Shown: piece after piece, positions 1 through 8,213 of the stretch | How the letters are laid out: each line of letters begins with the position of its first letter | Position numbering within the stretch: position 1 is the first letter of the stretch | Assembly: GCA_964412635.1 (NCBI GenBank) | Contig: CAYPPQ010000005.1 | Location: forward strand, 8,179-72,178 | Direction: 5' to 3' | Length of the DNA stretch: 64,000 bases | Source of the DNA: an uncultured Planctomycetia bacterium | GTDB lineage: Bacteria; Planctomycetota; UBA8108; UBA1146 | Position numbers and translations under genes: made by a program | The notes under the pieces: generated by a model | Told to the model about the DNA's origin: nothing | Seen by the model: the letters and a program-made list of their open reading frames with translations, nothing else | Databases searched by the model: none

Positions 1-164
1 CTGTACCTGCGCATCGACATCCTTCCGTTTATCGCCTCCAAGCACTAATATTTAGACTATGAGGATGTGTGTATTGGAACGCATTCGCTCATTTCGGGAA
101 ACCGGGAAATGCCTTCTGACATCATTTCAGGGGTCTATTTCCGGGCATTGGGGAGACATTAGCC

Positions 165-1514
165 ATGAAACAGCAACGAGTCCATGCTCAGGCCAGATCC
201 GCAATTCTGGTCGCTAGCATCCTGGTCTTCATTCCAGCCGCTCTCTTTGCAGGGGGTGGTGGATACACCATGTCATTTACCGGTGGCTCCGTCGCGCAAG
301 GCGGGCTCACATCGGTAGACCTCAGTCTCACCCATTCAGCTCCCACCGGAGTTCAGGGCTTCTCCTTCGGTGTCTGTCATGATGACACGATGTTGACCCT
401 CGAGCCGCCTGGCACCTCTGCCGATTTCGATTACATGATCGACTGGTCAACCGCCATGGAGACCATCAAGAACGGCAGTGAGCCTGACTTTTTCCAGCAG
501 AACCTCGAGACGGGGGGCTGGACCGTCGGGTGCGTCATCTGCTTCACCTCCTGTGCCGTCATGGATGCCGGTTCCACCCCGATCGGAACCGCTTTTTATC
601 GGGCTGTCGGACCTGCGGGATCCACCACCAGCGTTGGACTGTGTAATGTTCTGGGACTGCCACCGGTCTCCAGCGTCGCCGTGGTACAGGGAGCCTCGAT
701 GCCGATGTCCAGCGACGATGCCACCGTGCAAATCATCGAACAACCACCCACCCTCTTTCACTTCTCTGCTCCGCAGAAACAGGTGAACTACGATCCCCTC
801 GATGGAATTGGCAACTTCTCGACCAAACTGACCATCACCGAGGATCCAGGGAACTCGACATACCCGACCAATACCCAGGGCTTCTCCATGAGCATCGTCG
901 GTGATTCTACATTCGTCACCCCCACCGCAGCTTCCACCACTGGCCCGGTCGCGGCGGCGAATCCTGCATTCGCCGAGACGATCCTCAGTGCCGAAGGATG
1001 GGCGATCGGTGTCGTCTATGCCTTCCAGGTGCCTGTTTACATCCAGTTTGCCGGAGAGACGGACGCCATGTCGATCTCGGGCTCGACGGTAGCATCGGCG
1101 CTGATCGGCGACGAAGTGGGTGTTTCGGTACCACTGAGCTGGCAGAGTGCCGGTTCTCCTCCCATCTACAACGTGGTGACCTCGAATAACGAGAGTGTCA
1201 TCCCGCTGCTGAGCAATGGTGGCCTCAACCTGAACCCTCAAAGTGTTCTCGACTACCTGCGAGGGGATGCCAACGGCGACGGCATCACCAACGTGGCCGA
1301 TGCAATCTGGGAGCTTCAGGAGATCTTCAACAACGGTCCCCAGGGAACCTGCTTCGACTCCAAGGATACTAACGGCGATAGCCTCTTCGATGTCGCTGAC
1401 CCGATCTGGCTCATCACCTACATCTTCAGCGGCGGAGCGGCCCCTCCGAGTCCCTTCCCGAACTGCGGAAATGTCGGAGATCCTCAGGACTGCAACAGCT
1501 ACAACGGTTGCTGA
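165..1514 (+). CDS. Secreted protein with two cohesin-like beta-sandwich repeats and a C-terminal tandem dockerin-like (EF-hand Ca-binding) module ending in a Cys-rich tail
   Basis: ATG at 165 with GGGAGA about 8 nt upstream. N-terminal signal peptide (ILVASILVFIPAALFA). Two internal repeats carry the cohesin-like motif (GVQGFSFGVCHDDTMLTL; QGFSMSIVGDSTFVTP; GGWTVGCV / EGWAIGVV). The C-terminus carries DANGDGITNVADAIWELQEIF and DTNGDSLFDVADPIWLITYIF dockerin-type repeats followed by PNCGNVGDPQDCNSYNGC-COOH. Confidence 0.7.
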   Translation: MKQQRVHAQARSAILVASILVFIPAALFAGGGGYTMSFTGGSVAQGGLTSVDLSLTHSAPTGVQGFSFGVCHDDTMLTLEPPGTSADFDYMIDWSTAMETIKNGSEPDFFQQNLETGGWTVGCVICFTSCAVMDAGSTPIGTAFYRAVGPAGSTTSVGLCNVLGLPPVSSVAVVQGASMPMSSDDATVQIIEQPPTLFHFSAPQKQVNYDPLDGIGNFSTKLTITEDPGNSTYPTNTQGFSMSIVGDSTFVTPTAASTTGPVAAANPAFAETILSAEGWAIGVVYAFQVPVYIQFAGETDAMSISGSTVASALIGDEVGVSVPLSWQSAGSPPIYNVVTSNNESVIPLLSNGGLNLNPQSVLDYLRGDANGDGITNVADAIWELQEIFNNGPQGTCFDSKDTNGDSLFDVADPIWLITYIFSGGAAPPSPFPNCGNVGDPQDCNSYNGC

Positions 1515-1543
1515 TTGCTCCGCTCAATACGCGGAATCGACCA

Positions 1544-1580
1544 CCCCGGCTGACCGATCGTCAGTCGGGGTGTTTCAATT
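1544..1580 (+). terminator. Putative rho-independent terminator downstream of the 165-1514 gene
   Basis: 11-bp stem (one G·U pair) CCCCGGCTGAC / GTCAGTCGGGG with a 5-nt loop, followed by a U-rich stretch (TGTTTCAATT). Confidence 0.4.
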
Positions 1581-1599
1581 GCAGCGGTTCCCCGGCGAC

Positions 1600-2259
1600 T
1601 CACTTACCATTCTTGCGAGCCTCTTCCCTTATCCTCCTGGCAGTAGCAGCCCACGAGCAGATGGGGCAACTTGAGAGGTCATGCCCTCTCGCCGGGCAGT
1701 GTTCCCTTCCGAAGTAGATGATCTGCAGGTGTAGCCGATTCCACTTCGATTCTGGAAACACCTTCTTCAGATCGGCTTCCGTCTTTTCCACATTCTTGCC
1801 GGAGGAAAGGCCCCACCGTGTAGCGAGGCGATGGATGTGTGTGTCTACAGGAAATGCTGCAACACCGAACGCCTGCGACATCACCACCGAGGCGGTCTTG
1901 TGTCCCACTCCCGGAAGCGCTTCCAGCTTTTCAAAGTCGGCGGGCACGACGCCATCATGCTCCTCCACCAGGATGATGGAGAGGTCACGGATCGCCTTCG
2001 CCTTGCGGGGGGCCAGGCCGCAAGTTCGAATTGCTGCGAGGATCTTCTCCACCGACACCTTCGCCATCTTCTGTGGTGTTGAAGCGAGGCGAAATAGATC
2101 GGGAGTCACGAGGTTTACCCGGGCGTCGGTGGTCTGGGCAGAGAGCAACACTGCCACCAGCAGGGTGAACTCATCGACATGCTGCAGGGGAATCGGCGGG
2201 GCCGGATACAGTTCTTCCAGCATCTTCGCCACTCGATCTGCCTTATCTTGACGCATCAT
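1600..2259 (-). CDS. nth: Endonuclease III (DNA-(apurinic or apyrimidinic site) lyase)
   Basis: HhH-GPD signature (LVAVLLSAQTTDARVN, LPGVGHKTASVVM) and a C-terminal 4Fe-4S cluster loop (CPARGHDLSSCPICSW). The start is moved to the internal ATG-ATG (MMRQDK), which gives a typical length of about 220 aa. The track start at 2376 is an upstream alternative codon. Confidence 0.85.
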   Translation of the reverse strand: MMRQDKADRVAKMLEELYPAPPIPLQHVDEFTLLVAVLLSAQTTDARVNLVTPDLFRLASTPQKMAKVSVEKILAAIRTCGLAPRKAKAIRDLSIILVEEHDGVVPADFEKLEALPGVGHKTASVVMSQAFGVAAFPVDTHIHRLATRWGLSSGKNVEKTEADLKKVFPESKWNRLHLQIIYFGREHCPARGHDLSSCPICSWAATARRIREEARKNGK

Positions 2260-2487
2260 CAGGACACCCCTATCGAAATTTCTCTTCTTCGCCTCGTCCC
2301 GTGGCGAAGAGATCACTACCTGTTCCCTCACCAACGATCCACAGTACCTCACCGGATCGGAGATTCCCTGTTTCAACAGGAATTGACCCGATCATCTCAT
2401 GGGGACAGGAACCCTCGACCCGATTGAATCGTCCAGCGTACAACGATACTTTTTACCCCCTGATGTGACCCGCCCGAAGGAGGAGAA

Positions 2488-3132
2488 ATGAATCGAGCCG
2501 AAGATGATGATGCGCTTCCCGTCGAATCATCGGCGCGGACAGGAAATTCCAGGGTATTTCCTCTCTTCCCCCTTCCCGATGTCATCCTCTTTCCGGGCCA
2601 GGTCATCCCGCTCCACATCTTCGAGGAGCGCTATCGTCAGATGGTGCGAGATCTGCTCGACTCCTCCGGTGAACTGATTCTCGGTACGGTGCTGGGAGAC
2701 GATAAGGAACTCCTCTCCGGGATCGCTCCGGTGCAATCGGTGGCGGGAATCGGCCGCTTACAGCAGTACCAGACACTGGAGGATGGCAGGTTTCTCGTGA
2801 TGATCCAGGGCGAGAGAAGAGTGCGGGTCGCCCCTCACCTCGGTTCCCAGCCCTATCCCCAGGCGCGGATCGAGGAGATCGATGCAGAGGAGACTCCATT
2901 GCCGGTCGAGATGGGATTCTGGCTCCATGAGGCCATCCGCAGATGCTCCGATGATGTGGACATCCCGACCGGAGTCTCGATGGTGCAGCTCTCTGACCTC
3001 CTCACCATGTTGACCCCGATGAGTAGCGAGGAACGCTACCAGCTCTTCGCAAATCCCAATCTAGAGGAGAGAATCGACAAGGTCCTCGCGATGCAAACCA
3101 CTTCAGGCGAAAATCACTCCGAAGATTCCTGA
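2488..3132 (+). CDS. LON N-terminal (substrate-binding, PUA-like) domain protein
   Basis: AGGAGG SD followed by ATG. Motif FPLFPLPDVILFPGQVIPLHIFEERYRQM is characteristic of the Lon protease N-terminal domain. No AAA+ or protease domain is present. Confidence 0.7.
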   Translation: MNRAEDDDALPVESSARTGNSRVFPLFPLPDVILFPGQVIPLHIFEERYRQMVRDLLDSSGELILGTVLGDDKELLSGIAPVQSVAGIGRLQQYQTLEDGRFLVMIQGERRVRVAPHLGSQPYPQARIEEIDAEETPLPVEMGFWLHEAIRRCSDDVDIPTGVSMVQLSDLLTMLTPMSSEERYQLFANPNLEERIDKVLAMQTTSGENHSEDS

Positions 3133-3190
3133 ACCCCAATTCCTGCCGTTGTGATGCAGATCGATTCAATGAGGAGGGAGGGTCTTTCCC

Positions 3191-4057
3191 TTGGATACAC
3201 CGACCCCAAAGTGGCACCTCTGGCTTCTGGTCGCCGTCGTGGCGATCTCCTGTGGCTCCGGCTGCCGCCATGTAGAGAAGGTACACGGGAAGACTGATCT
3301 TCCTCTCCAATCGTGGGATCGTGATCTGTTTCTTTCAGAGGGTGTGTTCGTCTACGCCACCAGTCACGGTGCGGCCCGGGAGATCGCCGAGGTTGCCGAT
3401 CGCACCACCGCTTCCTTTCGCGACCTGACGGGGGAAGAACCGCGTCACCTGGTCTACATCGCCGTCGACGATGGGGATCCCCTCGACTCGAAGATGCTGG
3501 AATCTGGATTGCATGGCCTTGCCCGCATCTCGGGGAAGTCGGTTCCCGAGATCCGCACATCGATGCTCGACGAAGCGAGATCACAGGGCAATTCAGAGTC
3601 CGACGGCGAGCAGGGGGAGGAGGAAGAGGCGGTCTTCAGGGCCCTGCTCGGGATGATTCCTGGAATCGTCCCTGCCCCTGACAACTTCCCCGATCATCTG
3701 TGGCGAGATGCTGTCCTCTTGCCAACCAGAGCCAGAATTAACGGAGGATTCGATGAGATCCTCCGCTTCTACTACAAACGGGAATCGATCGGGATGATGA
3801 AACAACTATTGATCGCACCGGTGATACCCATCATTCGCACCTATCTGCACCGGTTCCTGGAAGCGATCCAGGACTCCATCGTGATCGGGGTGCACGCTCA
3901 AGGTCGAGAAGGCTGGTCCCAGGAACGGATCGATCAACTCTTTCAGAAGTCGCTCAAGGCCTCGGGACTCGACGATTTTCGAATGAAGATTGGCGAGGAG
4001 TCCAATCCAGATTCACCGGAAGAGGCTGACGAAACAACTCCTCCAATAACTTCCTGA
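3191..4057 (+). CDS. Hypothetical lipoprotein
   Basis: TTG start preceded by a strong GAGGAGGGAGG SD. Lipobox AISCGSGC. Acidic Glu/Asp-rich internal segment. No recognisable catalytic motif. Confidence 0.55.
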   Translation: MDTPTPKWHLWLLVAVVAISCGSGCRHVEKVHGKTDLPLQSWDRDLFLSEGVFVYATSHGAAREIAEVADRTTASFRDLTGEEPRHLVYIAVDDGDPLDSKMLESGLHGLARISGKSVPEIRTSMLDEARSQGNSESDGEQGEEEEAVFRALLGMIPGIVPAPDNFPDHLWRDAVLLPTRARINGGFDEILRFYYKRESIGMMKQLLIAPVIPIIRTYLHRFLEAIQDSIVIGVHAQGREGWSQERIDQLFQKSLKASGLDDFRMKIGEESNPDSPEEADETTPPITS

Positions 4058-4087
4058 TAACCGCTGTCGAGCCGATATTGACTGGTG

Positions 4088-4097
4088 TGAAATTTCA
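4088..4097. promoter_or_regulatory. Perfect 10-bp palindrome TGAAATTTCA immediately downstream of a TTGACT -35-like hexamer, upstream of the transglutaminase-like gene
   Basis: Read directly in the 4058-4175 intergenic region. Candidate operator and promoter. Confidence 0.25.
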
Positions 4098-4175
4098 TCG
4101 AAAATCCTGTTCTGTTCAATGGTCCTGTTTCGACGGGAATTTCGAGACGTATACCTGCGAGTTTGAAGGAAAAAA

Positions 4176-5192
4176 ATGAAGTTGATTGGCACCCTCACCA
4201 CATTGCTGACATCGCTGATACTGATCAGTGGCTGCGCCTGGACGGAACTCAAAGTGGGTCCGACCGGAGAAGTTGATCGTAAGTTCCACGTGAGATACGT
4301 CACATCGATGAAGGACTGTCCCGTCGGCGAACCGTTCCAGTTATGGATTCCGGTGCCACACAACGACTTGCACCAGCTGGTCGAGGGAATGAAGGTGAGC
4401 GGCCCCACCGAAGGTCATCTCAAGACCGAATCTCGATTCGGGAACACGATGTACTTCTTCGAGGGAGTCTGCACGTCGAAGCAGATGGACTTCACGATCG
4501 AATACGATGTCACTCGACATGTCTACGACGTAAATCTGGGTTCCATGGCAGATGCCACCATCGAGGAGAACCCAGATGCATCGATGGCAAAGTATCTCGC
4601 TCCTTCGTCTCTATGCTACATCACACCACAGGTGAAGGCGGAAGCAGCGGAACTCGCAGAAGGTAAATCCTCCGTCATCGAGATCACCCGGGCCTTCTAT
4701 GATCACATCCTCGACAAGATGGCCTACGACAAGAACCATCAGGGCTGGGGTAGAGGCGACATCGCTCACGCCTGTGATGTCGGAAAAGGAAACTGCACGG
4801 ACTTCCACACCTACTTCAACGCGTTGTGTCTTTCCAGCGGCATCCCCTCCCGCTTCCAGATTGGAATGTGGGGAAGGTATCAGACTGAACTCGGTGAGTA
4901 CCAGACCGGTGGCTATCACTGCTGGGCCGAATTTCATGTGCCCGGTCATGGCTGGGTTCCAGTGGATATCTCGGAAGCTGACAAGGACACACCGCTCAAC
5001 AAGGATCAATACTTTGGACGGCAAAGTGGAAACCGTGTCACGCTCAGCAGCGGACGGGATATCGTCCTGATGCCCCAGCAGTCCGGTACTCCACTGAACT
5101 ATTTCGTGAATCCCTACGCCGAAATCGCCGGTAAGGCATTTCAACACGTCAACAAGCGGTGCTTCTGGACCGACCTCAGCGGAAGTGAGTAA
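4176..5192 (+). CDS. Transglutaminase-like cysteine protease family lipoprotein
   Basis: Lipobox LISGCAW. Transglutaminase-core Cys/His/Asp motifs (GKGNCTDFHTYFNALCLSSGIPSRF ... GYHCWAEFHVPGHGWVPVDISEA). Confidence 0.75.
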   Translation: MKLIGTLTTLLTSLILISGCAWTELKVGPTGEVDRKFHVRYVTSMKDCPVGEPFQLWIPVPHNDLHQLVEGMKVSGPTEGHLKTESRFGNTMYFFEGVCTSKQMDFTIEYDVTRHVYDVNLGSMADATIEENPDASMAKYLAPSSLCYITPQVKAEAAELAEGKSSVIEITRAFYDHILDKMAYDKNHQGWGRGDIAHACDVGKGNCTDFHTYFNALCLSSGIPSRFQIGMWGRYQTELGEYQTGGYHCWAEFHVPGHGWVPVDISEADKDTPLNKDQYFGRQSGNRVTLSSGRDIVLMPQQSGTPLNYFVNPYAEIAGKAFQHVNKRCFWTDLSGSE

Positions 5193-5195
5193 CAG

Positions 5196-5432
5196 ATGAA
5201 TCAGGAACCGAAATCGGTAGATGACAAGCCTGTCGTGATGGAACTGGAAGCGGGCAAGCACGCCTGGTGCAGTTGTGGGCTCTCTTCCAAACACCCCTTC
5301 TGTGACGGTTCCCATGCGGGCACCGGCAACGCTCCCGTCGTCTTTGAACTGGAGGAATCTCGCAAGGTGGCACTGTGTGCCTGCAAGAAGACCTCCGGTG
5401 CTCCCTTCTGTGACGGCTCTCACTCTTCCTGA
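5196..5432 (+). CDS. CDGSH-type iron-sulfur domain protein (two CDGSH motifs)
   Basis: WCSCGLSSKHPFCDGSH and LCACKKTSGAPFCDGSH, two zf-CDGSH motifs in 78 aa. Starts 3 nt after the stop of the upstream gene, so it is likely co-transcribed. Confidence 0.8.
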   Translation: MNQEPKSVDDKPVVMELEAGKHAWCSCGLSSKHPFCDGSHAGTGNAPVVFELEESRKVALCACKKTSGAPFCDGSHSS

Positions 5433-5576
5433 CGCGCTGCAGGAGAGCCTCTGGACCCGGGGTGGTCGGTAGAAGCGACACCCCGGCCCCCTTATCATCG
5501 CGGTTCTGCTGATTTGCTCCCGGTCCCATCGGACCGCGGCTTCGAACAGATCTCACACGATGATTGGGTGATTCAT

Positions 5577-8207
5577 ATGAAAACGGTTACCGTCCTCGCT
5601 CTCGGTCTCATCGCGGGAATCTGCTACGCTCACGATCCTCACGACGACATCCCACCGCCATTTCTGGCCATCGATAAGATCGAGCAGGAAGATCCCTTCC
5701 GACAGCTCGATGATGTGCTTCCCACCCCCACCGAATCTCGACTCGCATCCGGAGCTCCTGGTCCCGAGTACTGGCAGCAACAGGTCGATATGGATATCGA
5801 CGTCAAGCTCGATGCGGTCAATCACCGACTCGAGGGCAATGAACATGTCACCTACCACAACAACTCACCCCACACCCTCACCTACCTGTGGATGCAACTC
5901 GATCAGAATCGATTCCGTGACAACTCCATAGGAAGGCTCTCCGATGCAGGCGGCATGGAAGATGAACAGAGCATTCGATGGCTAAGAAGGCTCGCATTCC
6001 AGGACCAGTTCGAGGGGGGTTACGAGATCACGAGCGTGCTGGGAGCGAACGGGGCCGAACTTTCACACACCATCGTCGATACCATGATGCGCATCGATCT
6101 ATCCTCTCCACTCAAACCGGGAGAGAGCCTCGAGTTCGATGTTTCGTGGAACAACTCCATCGTCAATGCCGACCTCCTCCGTGCCCGCGGCGGCTACGAG
6201 TGGTTCGAGGAAGCCGGCAACGCCATCTACGAGATCGCTCAGTGGTTTCCGAGGATGTGCGCTTACACCGACTACGCCGGGTGGCAGAACAAACAGTTCA
6301 TCGGCAGTGGCGAGTTCACCCTGGAGTTCGGGAATTACAAGGTTGCCATCACCGTTCCCGACACTTTCGTGGTCAGCGCAACTGGAACCCTGAGCAATCA
6401 GGGAGAGGTACTCACCTCCCTGCAGTCGGAACGTCTGATCGAAGCTTCTACCTCGAATCGTCCCGTCTTCATCATCTCTCCGGAAGAAGCACTCGAAAAC
6501 GAGAAGAAGCAATCCTCCGGAGAGAAGACATGGATCTTCGAGGCGGAAAATGTTCGTGACTTCGCCTGGGCTGCCTCACCCAAGTTCATCTGGGATGCGA
6601 TGGGAGTCACCATCCGTGGAGGACAGACTCCGATGGCGATGTCCTTCTATCCCAATGAAGGGGAACCTCTGTGGAGTCGTTATTCGACCCATGCCGTGGC
6701 ACACACCCTCGAGGTCTACTCGCAGATCAGCATTCCATATCCGTACCCCGTGGCCATCAGTGTCAACGGCCCGGTCGGGGGGATGGAATATCCGATGATC
6801 TGCTTCAACGGCCCTCGCCCTGAAGAGGACGGGACCTACTCGATCAGAACCAAGTATGGACTCATCGGAGTCATCATTCATGAAGTGGGACACAACTGGT
6901 TCCCGATGATCATCAACTCCGATGAAAGACAGTGGACCTGGATGGATGAAGGTCTCAACACCTTCGCGCAATTCGTCACGGAACAACTGTGGGAAGAGAA
7001 GTACCCTTCTCGTCGCGGTGAAGCGCGCAACATCACCGGCTTCACGACCAGTACCGACCAGATGCCGATCATGACCAACAGCGAACAGCTGATTCAGTTC
7101 GGAAATAACGCCTACGCCAAGCCTGCCACGGCATTGAACATCCTGAGGGAAAGCGTACTGGGTCGCGAACTGTTCGACTTCGCCTTCAGGAAGTACTCCG
7201 AGAGATGGGCATTTCGTCGACCTGAACCTGCCGATCTTTTCAGAACACTCGAAGATGCCAGTGGCATCGACCTCGACTGGTTCTGGCGTGGCTGGTTCTA
7301 CACCACTGATCATGCCGACATCGCTGTCGACCGGGTGGTTCGATTTCACCTGGACACCGGAAACCCCGATGTAGAGAAGCCTCTCCAGAAGGCGGAAAGG
7401 GACGCCGATCCCGAGTGGATCAGCCGAACCAGGAACGAAGGAGTGACGCTGCGGTCGCAGCGTTATCCTGAACTGCTCGATTTCTACAACTCATTTGATG
7501 AGATGGAAGTTACCGAGGGCGATCGAAGAGCCTATGAACGCTTCATCGGTCGTCTTGAAGATGGAGATGCCGAGTTACTCCAGCGGCCATGGAACTTCAC
7601 CGTGATTCGCCTCAGGAACTACGGAGGCCTGGTGATGCCAGTTCCTCTGAAGTTGGTCTTCGCCTCGGGAGAAGAGCAGCTGGTACGGCTTCCTGCAGAA
7701 CTGTGGAGATCCAATCCCAGGGTGATCTCTCGCCTGCTCGTCACCGACGAACCGGTGGTCAGGGTAGAGGTTGACCCCCTCCTCGAGATCGCCGACGCCG
7801 ATCGCAGTAACAACATCTTCCCGCAAGAGATCGATCAGCAACGATTCAAGATCCGCCCGGATTCCGATCGATCCAATCCGATGCAACGTCACCGAGACGA
7901 GTTACTTCGCATCGAGGCACAGATCGCCGCCAGTCGATTGGGGCGGGAAATCGCCTCTCGTATTCAAGCTCGAGAGGTTGGTACACCGGTTCCAGCAGCG
8001 GCGAAGTTACTCGGTGATCTCCAGCAAGATACGCTGGTTGATCCATTCGGAGAGCAGCTCTCCGTCTTCGACATCTCTGAAGATGAGGGACTCGCCCGCA
8101 TCGTCAGTGTCGGGCCCGACGGAGAAGCGGGTACAGGAGATGACATCACGTGGATTCTCAGATCGGATGGAAGCATCGAGGAAGTCACCGAGCGGAGTGA
8201 TCGCTAA
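5577..8207 (+). CDS. M1-family (gluzincin) zinc metallopeptidase, secreted
   Basis: GMEYPMI (GxMEN-like exopeptidase motif), HEVGHNWF (HExxH) and WMDEGLNTF (third zinc ligand Glu). Start moved to ATG at MKTVTVLALGLIAGICYA (signal peptide). The track start at 5514 is an upstream alternative codon. Confidence 0.85.
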   Translation: MKTVTVLALGLIAGICYAHDPHDDIPPPFLAIDKIEQEDPFRQLDDVLPTPTESRLASGAPGPEYWQQQVDMDIDVKLDAVNHRLEGNEHVTYHNNSPHTLTYLWMQLDQNRFRDNSIGRLSDAGGMEDEQSIRWLRRLAFQDQFEGGYEITSVLGANGAELSHTIVDTMMRIDLSSPLKPGESLEFDVSWNNSIVNADLLRARGGYEWFEEAGNAIYEIAQWFPRMCAYTDYAGWQNKQFIGSGEFTLEFGNYKVAITVPDTFVVSATGTLSNQGEVLTSLQSERLIEASTSNRPVFIISPEEALENEKKQSSGEKTWIFEAENVRDFAWAASPKFIWDAMGVTIRGGQTPMAMSFYPNEGEPLWSRYSTHAVAHTLEVYSQISIPYPYPVAISVNGPVGGMEYPMICFNGPRPEEDGTYSIRTKYGLIGVIIHEVGHNWFPMIINSDERQWTWMDEGLNTFAQFVTEQLWEEKYPSRRGEARNITGFTTSTDQMPIMTNSEQLIQFGNNAYAKPATALNILRESVLGRELFDFAFRKYSERWAFRRPEPADLFRTLEDASGIDLDWFWRGWFYTTDHADIAVDRVVRFHLDTGNPDVEKPLQKAERDADPEWISRTRNEGVTLRSQRYPELLDFYNSFDEMEVTEGDRRAYERFIGRLEDGDAELLQRPWNFTVIRLRNYGGLVMPVPLKLVFASGEEQLVRLPAELWRSNPRVISRLLVTDEPVVRVEVDPLLEIADADRSNNIFPQEIDQQRFKIRPDSDRSNPMQRHRDELLRIEAQIAASRLGREIASRIQAREVGTPVPAAAKLLGDLQQDTLVDPFGEQLSVFDISEDEGLARIVSVGPDGEAGTGDDITWILRSDGSIEEVTERSDR

Positions 8208-8213
8208 CGAAGA

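Noticed and set aside
447-1241. Long antisense ORFs throughout the window (e.g. 447-1241, 9547-10515, 16337-17737, 20605-22677, 24191-25489, 37321-39252, 40425-42332, 47225-48265)
   Set aside because: They lie opposite genes with clear family motifs. They are low-complexity, Arg/Gly/Pro-rich translations typical of stop-codon-poor antisense frames in about 60% GC DNA, and none carries a recognisable domain.
5433-5520. Hairpin (CCGGGGTG...CACCCCGG) downstream of the CDGSH gene as a terminator
   Set aside because: Loop is 14 nt and there is no following U-tract, so it is not a convincing intrinsic terminator.
5514-5576. Upstream extension of the M1 peptidase ORF
   Set aside because: An internal ATG at 5577 begins a canonical signal peptide (MKTVTVLALGLIAG). 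The extension is an alternative-codon artefact of the ORF caller.
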